This document shows positions 37,868 through 48,683 of a stretch of 51,592 nucleotides of DNA, piece after piece. This DNA is from Octopus bimaculoides (taxonomy: Eukaryota). Location: assembly GCF_001194135.2 (NCBI RefSeq), contig NC_068987.1, positions 29,517,347 to 29,568,938 on the forward strand. The letters are read 5' to 3'. How positions within the stretch are numbered: the stretch's first letter is position 1; each line of letters opens with the position of its first letter. Position numbers and translations under genes: made by a program. Below the pieces are notes generated by a model. It saw only the letters and a list, made by a program, of their open reading frames with translations. It did not search any database and was not told the DNA's origin.

Positions 37868-38041
37868 GGCGTGGTTGTATGGTAGTAAGTTGCTTCCTTC
37901 CCAACCACATGATTCCGTGTTCAATCCCACTGTGTGGCGCTTTAGACATGTGTCTTTTGCTCCGGTCCGACCAAACCTTCTGAGGAGGTTCGCTACACGG
38001 AAACTGATAAAAGCCCGTTGCATATATGTGTGTGTGTGTGT

Positions 38042-38080
<39 letters not shown>

Positions 38081-38273
38081 TATTTGACAACTGGTGTTGG
38101 TGTGTTTACGTCGCCGTAACTCAGCAGTTTAGGAAAAGAGACCGATATAATAAGTACTAGGCTTTAAAAACAATAAGTACTGGGATGGAAACATTCGATT
38201 AAAAATTCTTCAAGGTGGTGCTCCAGCATGGCCACAGTCAAATGACTGAAACAAGTAAAAGAATAAAAGAATA
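37868..38273 (+). mobile_element. SINE family B
   Basis: ggcgtggttgtatggtag...gtgttcaatccc...internal (TG)n...ggtggtgctccagcatggccacagtcaaatgactgaaacaagtaaaagaataaaag. Confidence 0.9.
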
Positions 38274-38636
38274 CTTCAAAAGGTGTTAATCTTATAGTTA
38301 GAAGAATATTGAGGAATAAGGTCCTGAAATGTGCGACGTAACCTCTGATATATTTCGAGGTAGATGTAGACCAGAATACGTCTTGCAAATGAGTGGAATA
38401 ATAAACTAGTAAAATAACATGTAGGTTAACAAAAAGCATGAACTTTAAAATATTAAAATAATTATTTTACAGAATTTTGGTAACTTGAGAATAAAGTAAG
38501 TGAAATGACTTATTAAATTAAATTAATAAAGAACGGTAGCAAAACATTGTGTAGGAAACTAACATTTGATTTTTCTTAATTATCTTCAGAGAAAAATTAA
38601 AACAACTTTTGAAATATAAAGTAAAAGAAATATTGA

Positions 38637-38818
38637 TTTCAAATTTTGGCATAAGGCTAACAATTTCGCGGAAATGGTATACTGATTAAACCAACCCTAG
38701 TATTTAACTGGTACTTACTTTATCGACCTCAGCTAAATTTGAACTCAGAGTGTGAAGACGGACGAAATGCCGTTAAGCTTTTCGCCCGGCATGCTAACGT
38801 TTCTGCCAGTTTGCTGCC
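38637..38818 (-). mobile_element. SINE family A with an internal deletion
   Basis: Reverse complement ggcagcaaactggcagaaacgttagcatgccgggcgaaaagc...gagttcaaatt; part of the central block is missing. Confidence 0.85.
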
Positions 38819-38859
38819 TTAATTAGGAGAAATTTTAACATTATTAATACAGTAAAAAG

Positions 38860-38958
38860 CAACGACCTGGAAAAATCGGTAGCGCATCAAATGAAATACT
38901 TAGCAGTATTCCTTCCGGTTCTTTGCGTTCTACATTCAAATTCTGCCATGGTTAACTG
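38860..38958 (+). mobile_element. SINE family A head, diverged
   Basis: gacctggaaaaatcggtagc...gaaatacttagcagtatt...ttcaaattctgcc. Confidence 0.5.
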
Positions 38959-38959
38959 C

Positions 38960-39330
38960 ACCAAATGATGTTAGGGAGCTTGATGACTGTAAATGTGTAC
39001 TGTTAGTGTTCATGAGGCGGAGATATTATTTTTTTTTTTTATGTGTGTACAGATTGTGTATCTGTGCTGTTGAAGAAGGCAAGATTCCTATTAGAGGATG
39101 TTTAGAGGTCTTTGTTCATGGAATCTGTGCTCGTTTGACGTGAGGCGTACTAATTACATGTTGATAACGCATCGGAGCGGAAGGTTAGGGTGAAATGAAA
39201 GGTGTTATCATCTGCGTAGGAATGGTTGTCAGCAACGATATATAGGACATTGACATACCGGAGAAACGATGTGTGGTGGAAAACAAAGACGAGTCTAGGA
39301 AGAAATCTTAATCTCTTCAACATGATTAAT
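38960..39330 (-). pseudogene. CR1/L2-group LINE RT fragment
   Basis: TSFLRYVNVLYIVADNHSYADDNTFHF (YADD at 39218-39207) ... NKDL...NLAFFNSTDTQ (compare NLV.FNASKTQ). Confidence 0.75.
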
Positions 39331-39819
39331 AAGTTAGATGTAAAAAGTATCTAAATAGCCTTCAGGACATCTTAGACAAAGGTATGAAAACATTCAGATA
39401 TTTCAAAGATATAACAAGTCAGTAAGAGACTGACAACTCTACTTCTTCAAAAATTTTCTTTTATAACATTACAATGTCACTCACCAAAGGAATAGAAAAA
39501 AATACAAGTTGATTACTATAGAGAGGAAGCACAACGAATTCAGAGTAAACTGCCTAACCGCAAGTAAACCTGGTTTAATCTCAAAGGGTCGTACTTTTTC
39601 CGAAGATCGCAAACGATGGTTCATAGACTAAGAGAAAGAAAACAGCGTGTAGTAAAAATATATTTCAGACTCTATTAACTTTATATCCGTGAGCAAGGAT
39701 ATAAATCGATTGAACAACAGCACTTTAGCAATTAAGTTATTCAATAACATAGACGATGCTTTTATTTTGTAAATCTTAATAGTTTGATAATATAAAGTTT
39801 ATTCGTCTATAAAGAAACT

Positions 39820-40400
39820 CCTTCTTAAAGACCTTAGAATGCGGAAACCGCTTTCTTCAATAAGTCTGCAGATATTAGAGTGACATTCCATGCTTGAACG
39901 CAAATGCAGAAGAAGTGGAGGAAGCTTCCTTTGCGGAGGTTCTTTCTTGCAGGGCCATTCTGGTTAAGGAGGGTGGATTGGAAATTTCTTTGCTAAGTTC
40001 TTAGATATCCTCTTGGGAAAGGACCAGAATATACAATTTGTGGTTTGGAGAAAAGTAAAACTTCTGCAGTGCAGGGGCACAATACTGCGTTTCCTTTTAT
40101 GGATGGTAGTTTTCCATGGTTTACAATGCTGGATAAATGTTGCGTATATGATGAAGTAGAGTAAGTTTATCCCGATAAGGTTGGCAGTGGTCTTTATCTT
40201 CAATTCTGCTGCACAGCTGCATGTGAATTATTTGGAAAATGATTTGTAGTTGTGTGGAGAGTGTGAAAAGATATGTTAAAGATTATGATTTCAGTGACCT
40301 GCTTTAGCTATTTGAGAGGGCTCACAGATGGAGTACATTTGTTATCAGGCACGATTAGTGTAAAACTGATGATTTTGCGTCTAGTTATCAAACATTAAGT
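39820..40400 (-). pseudogene. Probable EN-RT linker of the same CR1-type LINE
   Basis: KPW...FWSFPKRISKN resembles KPWF...FWSLAK.IS.NF; collinear upstream of the YADD fragment. Confidence 0.4.
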
Positions 40401-40587
40401 ATCATAGGGTTCGAGAGGTGTGAAGGTTCTGCGCAGTATATTCAGATTTTATGGGTAATTTTGAAAAGATAGCAGTCATGTGTTAAGACTGAAATTGATG
40501 AGTTTCAAAGCGAGAAAAATATCGAGGGTATTTGGCGTGTCTGTTTCGAACTGAGATATGTATGGAATGCACGAGATTATCCTACTG

Positions 40588-40606
40588 CTCTCTCTCTTTC
40601 TTTCCC

Positions 40607-40674
<68 letters not shown>
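40588..40674. repeat. (CT)n microsatellite
   Basis: Direct reading. Confidence 0.98.
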
Positions 40675-40677
<3 letters not shown>

Positions 40678-41134
40678 ACAAAGCTTTTTGCTTTCATTTT
40701 CCCTTGAACGTTAGCTGCATACGCAAGCGTACCTTGTATTGCATTAATATTAGCGCCGTGGGAAATATTTAGCAACAATTTCTTGTACAGATACATCGGA
40801 AACTATAATAAAAGCAAAAACTGCATCATCTTCGGTGTGTTAAATTGTCTCTGTTAAACTGGTTGCTTTTGACATTTCAGAATTAGAAGACAGCTTTCTA
40901 TGGCTCAATGATTTTTTAGGTAGATTATGGTTCCTCGGTGAAATTTCCTGTCTTCCCACGAAAGCAATCAATCCAAATGTGGCCGGCTGAGCCAAAATAG
41001 GAAGAGTTACATGAAATGCTAAAAATAGGAGCCAAATCTTACTCAAATCACACCCTAATATCTTAAAACAAGAAAACTTATGCACTGAGCATATGTAGGC
41101 CAATCTTTTAGCTTTTGTATTTGTTTGCTTTTTC

Positions 41135-41695
41135 AGTCATTAGACTGCGTCCATGCTGAGGCACTTCCTTGAGGAATTGTACTCGGACGAATCGATCTCC
41201 AGTAATTATTTTCAACAAAGATGTGTGTGTGTGTGTGTGTGTGTGTTTGTGTGTGTGGGTGTGTGTGTGTGTGTGTGTGCGCGCGTGCGTGTGTACGACG
41301 GATTTCTTTGTTTTCGTCTACCAAATCCACTCATAAGGTCTTAACGCCTTGGGGGTGGGGGCTATACTACAAGATACTTGCCCAAGGTGCCATGTCGTGA
41401 GATGAACCCTGAACTATGTGGTTGGGAATCAAACTTCTGATTTCTTTATTGCCCACAAGGGGCTAGACATAGACGGGACAAACAAGGACAGACAAAGGGA
41501 TTAAGTCGATTACATCGACCCCAGTGCGTAACTGGTACTTATTTAAATCGACCCCGAAAGGATGAAAGGCAAAGTCGACCACGGCGGAATTTGAACTCAG
41601 AACGTAGCAGCAGACGAAATACCGCTAAGCATTTCGTCCGGCGTGCTAACGTTTCCACCAGCTCGCCGCCTTCAAACTTCTTACCACACAAGAAC
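41135..41695 (-). mobile_element. SINE family B interrupted in its head by a younger family A copy
   Basis: Family B modules at 41135-41438, resuming at 41672-41695 (ttaccacaca). Confidence 0.85.
41439..41670 (-). mobile_element. SINE family A, complete, tail variant 3, with a 10-bp target-site duplication
   Basis: Intact head and central block. Tail on the minus strand is aatccctttgtctgtccttgtttgtccc...gtgggcaataaagaaatc. tcaaacttct is duplicated at 41429-41438 and 41672-41681. Confidence 0.95.
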
Positions 41696-41944
41696 GTCAG
41701 CACCAATACATAGAAAAGTTGGGATGGTTACGGTGGGAACGCTTTTGATTATAAATCTCCCCTGTTTGTGGCGTCCAGATTCTAAATAACAACAACAACA
41801 ACACAAGCAACTATTTGACCATGTTTAAACATCCAGTATGCAAGGAACTCGAGGAATAAAAGCAGAATTTAATTTCTTCGAATTCCAGTACTGTCTAAGA
41901 ATGAATATATATGTCAAACGAACTACATAGATGTACTACTACTA

Positions 41945-42107
41945 CTTCTTCTTCTCCTTCTTCTCCTTCTTCTTCTTCTTCTTCTTCTTCTTCTTTTTCT
42001 TCTTCTTCTTCTTCTTCTTCTTCTTCTTCTTCTTCTTCTTCTTCTTCTTCTTCTTTTTCTTCTTCTTCTACTTCTTCTTCTTCTTCTACTTCTTCTTCTT
42101 CTTCTTC
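41945..42107. repeat. (TTC)n microsatellite with TTT/TAC/TCC interruptions
   Basis: Direct reading. Confidence 0.98.
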
Positions 42108-43219
42108 ACTCAACACTAGTAACATCTAAATATATCTCTTTCAAAATAATTACCAATATCCACATTTAAAATAATTACCTTCCCAACATTTACTTTTCTC
42201 TTAAAACACATGATTCATAGTCACACTTATATTTGTTTAGTTCTGCTTTTCATTGGTTACACTATATCGACATGATTGAAATTATAAATTATTTCTGGTT
42301 CTATTACTATTTTCCTCCCTCCCACCCTCCCTCGCTCTTTCTCTCTTTCTCCCTCTCTTTCAATCTGTGTCCATCTCTCCGTCTCTCTCTTTATCTTTCT
42401 TTCTCTCTATATCTCTCGGTATGTCTGTCTTGCAGGTGATAGAGATTTTCTACTTCAATGCGGTTTACAATTCATTGCTGTATAATTACGTATACATGTG
42501 TAGCAAACTTTGAGTGAGAAAAAAGCTTCCAGTCTAAGAAACTTACTGTCTATTTTTCTTTTACTACGTTATTATTTTGCTATATTTATTTTTTATCAAA
42601 ATGTACTAGTATGTAATAAAAATGAAAGGAAATGTAACCAGACATAACAGTTCGACAAATAGAATTCGATAAAAGTGTATCAGACTTAAATCTTGGATCG
42701 ATATGGACCACTAAATATTTCAAAGTAGTACCACAGCACTAAAACCGTTAAAGAATAAAATGAATATGAAAAGTATTCATACATCTATCGGTGGCCAATA
42801 AAGAAAACCCGAAATTCGAATCAATAAAGTTGGTTCAATTCCTACTATTTTGACCAGTTCATATTTCTTATTCTTTGTGTTTGCAATTTCCAATTCTTTT
42901 GTAATGTTTGCAGATAGATGCACTCAAGCAAACTGAAATTTTCGTGACGCTCTTCAGAGGCGAAGTTTTCAGTGACGCCCTAAGGATCTGCTAAAGATTA
43001 TGAAATAGCACCTTGCATTTGTTGTTGTCCTTGTTGCTGTTTTTTGTTTTGTTTTTTTTAATCTCGGGTCAGCTCTGAAGGAAAGGACTGAGTAATATTT
43101 CTAGCGCGTCCAGTGACTGGATAGAGATCTCCCTTTCCAGAGAAAGAGACGACGTGGTAGAAATGCTAGGGCATTAGTCTCCATGCCTCCCCATCCCCTC
43201 TCTCTTTCTCTCTCGCTCC

Positions 43220-43263
<44 letters not shown>

Positions 43264-43384
43264 GGATGGCAATGATCTGGGACTTTCATATCTTCCTCCT
43301 TCCACACGACCACTAAACTTGTATAATGCTTTTATCAACATTATTTCCAAAGATTAAGTGTCTTACAGTATTTAGTTACATTCT

Positions 43385-43470
43385 TCTTCGTTCTGCTTAA
43401 ATCTTACCACAGCTGACTTCTTCCATGACCTCTGGTCAAATAAAATAGGTACCAGCGATGGCATCAACAC
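43385..43470 (+). mobile_element. Highly diverged family A-like SINE central block
   Basis: cagctgacttcttccatgacctctggtcaaataaaataggtaccag. Confidence 0.4.
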
Positions 43471-43629
43471 TTGATTCAATTCACCTTACGTATCTGCTAT
43501 GTTTTAAGATCTTGTGCGAATCATTTTGGTAAAACAAACTTAAAACATTGCTCCTATATAAGCTCACGAAAGTGTCTCTACTTACTAGTCTCCCGCCACC
43601 TTCTACAAATAACTGCATCTTCCTCAAAT

Positions 43630-43880
43630 TACACCCTACCATTATTATACAATATGGCATACAACAGCCCCAACTGTTCGAAGTACGAGTTGATGGTTCG
43701 ACCGTTCTCAACGAACTCATAGTGAATTATCTCCTCAGAATTCCCCCAGACGTAGTGCATCACCTTGTGTTTGAAGATATCCTGAAGATATCCTTTGCTT
43801 AACCACTACTTATGCACGTTAGGATTGCGGTAAAATATTTACCTCGAATTATTATTTGTTCCGACTCATGGTTCACTTCC
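43630..43880 (-). pseudogene. Mariner transposase relic (catalytic region)
   Basis: IFYRNPNVHK*WLSKG...KVMHYVWGNSEEIIHYEFVENGRTINSYFEQL (compare KVMLCVWW..EGIIH.E....G.TIN...Y..QL). It may extend to about 44150. Confidence 0.75.
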
Positions 43881-44738
43881 TGAGCTCGCGACGCTTCATC
43901 AACCAAGAAGCTTCAGTGAAGTTCTTTACTTCGAAGGAAAAGAACTAGTATCAGCGTGAGACCAAAGAACTGGCAACATGTGGCTTCAGACCGGTGCAAA
44001 TAACTGTTGCTGCATCAGAGAACCGTTGCTTGCATCAACATTTTTCATATGCTATAAGCTGTTGGCCGGCGTGTTTCTTTTTCATTGCAACAATTCTACG
44101 GCCATACTGGTTCAAAGATCGTTCTCTACAAGATGCATCCAAGCAATCAAGCTTACTACACATCAGAACTCATAGCAATGTTACCGTCATAGTATGAAAG
44201 ATGCCGTTTTACAAAGGGAAATACATGCGTATCTATGAACGGCGTCACACTGGATAGGATTTTTGTTAACTCGAATGCCAGAATTTGACACAAACGTTTG
44301 GAGACTCTCACAAGAGATATATCTGTCGAGAAGTAACACCTTTTCAAGGTCGAGTGCAAATAAAAGCATCTATTGACATTTCCACCATTCAAAATACAGT
44401 GAAGCAGTGATTATCTCGGCGGAAATCCAAAATCAACGATGCTTCTGTTCAATAAATGTAAGATAAATAGAACACAAACACATATACGCACACCATTTAC
44501 ATAAATACATACACACGCACAGACATACACACATACATACATACATACATACATACATACATGCATACATAATGCACATATATATAAATATAGATACTTA
44601 CATATAGAGTTAAAAATAGCCGTAACGTCGGTTCCTACGGAACAGCCATGTTTAAGTGGCGATAAATATTACTTACCAGTATAACTACTGCTTTCATCTC
44701 TTGTAGAGATTTTATAACTAGCTAATTTTCTGATATAA

Positions 44739-44774
<36 letters not shown>

Positions 44775-44914
44775 AGTAACAACAAGGGAAGAATTTCGAT
44801 TATCCCCACGTAGTGAGCTATAATGCAAAATGTATATATATGAAATAAAAGAAGGAAAATGTGCACACTCTACTTAGTTTTAATATATTATTTTAATATA
44901 TTTCATATTGTTTT

Positions 44915-44945
44915 TCGACCGGTTTCGCTTTCGCTAATCATGACA
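44915..44945 (-). ncRNA. Degenerate hammerhead-like motif
   Basis: Minus strand ATGATTA-GC(GAAA)GC-GAAA-CCGG-TC. The 3' half is canonical with a palindromic CCGG; the CUGANGA box has 2 mismatches. Confidence 0.3.
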
Positions 44946-45204
44946 TTGAAATAATTGTAATTTCATATTTTCTTAAGAAGATTTTAGTCTATGTTGTGTG
45001 TGGAGAAGTGTGAATGAGTGATTCAACAAGTACAAAAATCTAAGGTGGGGTAATTGGTGATCGTTATTATTGGGGACAGGAGAGGTAATTGCTCATCTTT
45101 CGGGACGGGATAAATAAATGTACACAAAAACACAAAAGCTAAAGTAGTGAGATGAAATATGTACAGTGATGGGTATGTGATCAGGAATTAAAATACATGC
45201 ATAC

Positions 45205-45390
45205 ATACACCGCTAGCCACTAAACATTTTTTATTTTCTCTCCTTGTTACTTTCTGTGTTCCTTTCTGCGGAAGAGCGTGGGCTCGAAACGTTAAAGACT
45301 TTTTCGCTTCCCGAGCGTTAAACTAATACAATCTGTTTGTTGTCTACACCACCTATCTTCGTCTTTTGTTTTTTTTTCAGTTCTCCCCCA
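45205..45390 (+). mobile_element. Penelope pLTR-like repeat containing a variant hammerhead (45262-45297)
   Basis: CTTT-CTGCGGA-A-GAGC(GTGG)GCTC-GAAA-CG-TT-AAAG; same family as 26290-26445. Confidence 0.7.
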
Positions 45391-45511
45391 TATATATATA
45401 TATATATACAAGACACTCAAATGTATGTATGTACGTGCTTACATATATACATATATTTACGCGCATGTACATATGTATGGATATATGCATACATGCACAT
45501 ATTATTATTAT

Positions 45512-45589
45512 TCAGGCCACTGCTTGGAATCGAACTCGGAATCTTGGGGTTAGTAGTCCCGTTCTTAACCACAATGCCAAGCAGTGACT

Positions 45590-45592
<3 letters not shown>
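45512..45592 (-). mobile_element. Short tRNA-like SINE head enclosed in a 27-bp inverted repeat
   Basis: Minus strand A-box tggcattgtggttaag, anticodon-arm-like gggactactaacccc and B-box gagttcgattcc. The T-arm does not pair, so it is not a functional tRNA. Confidence 0.75.
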
Positions 45593-45655
<63 letters not shown>

Positions 45656-45675
45656 GGAAGAAGAAGAAGAAGAAG
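45592..45675. repeat. (AAT)n then (AAG)n
   Basis: Direct reading. Confidence 0.98.
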
Positions 45676-46240
45676 AAATATATTCACAGACATGACAGAG
45701 CTGGGACCTATATACACTGGAAGCTATGCCAACACTATGGAATAACAACAGAAAAAAGATGGTATAAACACACGCCAGAAAAGGTCACAGAAAACGAGAA
45801 AGCAACCATACTCTGGGATATGCCAATACACACAGATATAGTTGTCAAAGATCATGAAGGAAAAAAATGCTTTCTAATTGATGTATCAATACCAGCAGAT
45901 GACAACGTTTACCTAAAAGAAATGGAGAAACTTTCAAAATACAAAGACCTGGAAATAGAGGTAACTTGAATGTGGAATCTAAAAACAGAAACAATTCCTA
46001 TCATAGTAGGTGCCTTAGGTATAATAAAAAGATATTCAGACAAATATATAACAAAGACACCAGGACTTACAAATATACATAACATACAGAAAATTGCACT
46101 ACTGAGCACTGCACACATCCTACGCAAAACACTTTCAATACAGTAACCATAAGAGCATCACAGCAAACCACATCACGTACCCAAGGCACACAGAGCTGCG
46201 CTCGGTAGTGAAGTGAAAGCACGTTATAAAAATAAAACTA

Positions 46241-46243
<3 letters not shown>
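45676..46243 (+). mobile_element. 5'-truncated R4/Dong-type element: restriction-like endonuclease domain and 3' UTR
   Basis: YIHRHDRAGTYIHWKLC...ILWDMPIHTDIVVKD...CFLIDVSIP...KLSKYKDLEIEVT*MWNLKTETIPIIVGALG...KIALLSTAHILRKTLSIQ* (stop at 46144-46146). (AAT)n lies on both sides. Confidence 0.93.

Positions 46244-46315
<72 letters not shown>
46244..46315. repeat. (AAT)n microsatellite
   Basis: Direct reading. Confidence 0.98.
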
Positions 46316-46317
<2 letters not shown>

Positions 46318-46354
46318 CTTAGGAATTAGAACCCAGGTTCGAAATTTCCCCAAG

Positions 46355-46398
46355 ACACCTGATGAAGGCTAGAGGGTATATCATCCGAAGCGTTGTGT
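46355..46398 (+). ncRNA. Minimal hammerhead motif with GAAA changed to GAAG, within a repeat at 46316-46460
   Basis: ACAC-CTGATGA-A-GG...CC-GAAG-CG-TT-GTGT. Stem I is ACAC/GTGT and the triplet is GUU. Confidence 0.65.
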
Positions 46399-46519
46399 TA
46401 ACAACAAACAAGATGAGGACAAATATCCCTCAAATGTAAATAATGCAAATAATGTACGTTCAAATATATTTTAAAATATATGAAAGAATATTATCGTCGA
46501 CTTAATAAGTATGTTTCCA

Positions 46520-46990
46520 AGGTTGCAGAATCAAAATCAAGATTAGCTATGAATTCATTAAAAATTCTAAACTTTTTGAATAGGTGGTTTGGGTGTAGAT
46601 TAGTAATACTGTACAATACCAAATTATGTGAATGCATACATTTTTTATGATTTTTATTAATAAAATATTTAATTACTGAGGAGCTTTCCTGTGGTGATTA
46701 TGTTCTGAAGAGGTAGGCTGGACGTTCGTTCAGTGGTAGATAAATGCATCTAAAACGTTTATGCGAATTTAACCTCATTATTTTTAGTGAGATTTATTAG
46801 TCGGCATTTGGCATCGGTTAAATGTTATTATGGTCTTTTAATGTTATGTTGATTCACATATTACGAGATTATCATTTATTATGGTGTTATATCCGACTCT
46901 ATTTTGCCTCTTTGTTAATTGAATTATAAGTGTTGGTGGTTGTGTTCATGCTTTTACGATTCTGATTGAAAAGGGGCATGTGTGGGGTTG
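46520..46990 (-). pseudogene. Penelope-like RT relic, same type as 26600-27700
   Basis: NSINKEAK, ITLKDH (46847-46830), KCRLIN (46809-46792) and FGIVQYY. Confidence 0.75.
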
Positions 46991-47489
46991 TCTATCTCAT
47001 GATGCAATTTTCTGACATACGTGTTTTCAAGGATAAGCTTAGAAATTGTAAAAAGTCATAAAAGAAACACCAAAATTTATAGTCGTTACTTCTACAATAA
47101 AAACACGAAACCTAAGTAACTCACTGCTGAAATTTTCAGTTTAAATGCAAAAAGTGTATATAAGCTCTACTTAAAATATTGAGAAATTTATTGTCCTATG
47201 TACACATACGCGCGCACACACATATACATCAGTACATCATGCAACGTGCGTGTGTATAAACGTATATACTTTATTGCAAGCTGAAGATTCTTGGACTGTT
47301 TTTCATAGTTTTATCTTTCTGGTTGTCTAAACGAAAGGAAGTAACTTGAAACAAGCAAGAAAAATATTCACAAACAGACCTAAATATGATATGCAACAGT
47401 ATATTGAGATTTAAATGATTCCCAAAGACTAAAATATTAATTTATTTGATTTTTCTCGCCAATCAGGTCTTGACTTCATTAAATTTCTC

Positions 47490-48480
47490 CCGGTTGTATG
47501 CGAAATAGATAAGCTCCCTGCTATAGAGGATCTCCCTCGTGATTATGGACAAGCAGCCGACAGGAAAAGCTTCTGTTAACAAGTTTGTCCTCACCATAGT
47601 CTTTGCATTGCTCCTGAAACATTGGTGTAGACTGACACATGGTGTAGACTGACACATGGTGTAGACTGACACATGGTGTAGACTGACACATGATGTAGAC
47701 TGACACATGGTGTAGACTGACACATGGTGTAGACTGACACATGGTGTAGACTGCCATTCAGGAAAGTTACCATCAAAGACATACTTTTTGCTGATGATAC
47801 TGCTATCTTACAATCTCAAGAGGCCTCCAGTCATGGAAAAAGGTCCTCCATCTCATCCTTGCATTAAAATCGAAGGCAAGGAACAGGATACGATAGGTGA
47901 GTTTTATTGCCTTGTCTCTACGACAATAAGCAACTTCACTTTATATCTGGAATTTAAAATGCACATCGAAAAACCAGCAACTTACTCTTGCAATACCTAC
48001 TAAGAAAGTATAAGAGACTAAATGCCTGTTAATATCGAGGTATATAAGGTCTGTGTTCTCTGCGTATTTCTATATTGTAACGAGTCGTGAACAGCATACT
48101 CTTCCCACGACAAAGATTTCACGCATACTTTATGAGATATCTACACAGAATCTTCGGGCCCTAATTAACAGGATAGAATCTGCAGTGTCAATATTATTAG
48201 CTGGAACGGTAATTCCCTTTTGTTCACTTTCCTGCGCCGACGACAAGTTAAATGACTTAACACGTCCTTCGGAAGGACGTTGCTCAATTTCCATACATAT
48301 TGAGCTGGCGTCTAGATCGAAAGGCAAAGGACGCATGTACCTGCAACACGAGGAAGTGTGCAGATGTGACATGACTGCGACCAGCATCAACTTGTCAGTT
48401 AGAAAGTAGTTTCTGGCGACAGAACCCTATGTCTAGCAGCAAGTATTACAGAGATTAAGAAGTAGAGGACAAAACTTTTA
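47490..48480 (+). pseudogene. Degraded RTE-clade LINE (RT and C-terminus)
   Basis: LTIVFALLLKH (47590-47622), FRKVTIKDILFADD (FADD at 47787-47798), PCIKIEGK...ISN...IEVYKVC and ELASRSKGKGR...VCRCDM (compare GELATG.R..GRP.LR.KDVCKRDM). Confidence 0.8.
47623..47753. repeat. 17-bp minisatellite (GGTGTAGACTGACACAT), 7 full units plus a partial unit
   Basis: Units start at 47624, 47641, 47658, 47675, 47692 (one G>A), 47709, 47726 and 47743 (partial). Confidence 0.97.
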
Positions 48481-48683
48481 AGTGACTGGCAGGGACAATG
48501 TTAACAATGGTAAATTTCTGTCTCCTCAAAGAATATTCACATGCAACACCAACACAAGAAGCAATAACCTTTATATTCCCAATCGTTTGAAATTAAACAT
48601 GTAAGCCGTAGAATTCAGAAAGTATTTTTCATCCTCTTGCTCCATCATCACTCTCCATAGTTTACAAGACTAATGAATACTAC

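Noticed and set aside
41895-42129. Poly-E, poly-S and poly-F ORFs, and similar poly-N/D/I/T/L ORFs at 46135-46353 and 49004-49697
   Set aside because: These are translations of trinucleotide microsatellites
43548-43802. Plus-strand ORF with RIPPDVVHHLVFE, resembling a CACTA/EnSpm PDxMH motif
   Set aside because: The opposite strand gives a much longer, ordered mariner match, so this ORF is its antisense
45512-45592. Functional tRNA gene (anticodon ACT)
   Set aside because: The T-arm and D-arm pair poorly and it abuts microsatellites; treated as a SINE head
47623-47753. CRISPR-like regular repeat
   Set aside because: Units are directly adjacent with no unique spacers, the context is eukaryotic, and no cas genes are present
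48130-48390. Minus-strand ORF with a strong-looking acceptor, plus the palindrome acgtccttc-g-gaaggacgt (48262-48280)
   Set aside because: The region is explained by the plus-strand RTE C-terminus, and a single 9-bp palindrome is within chance expectation
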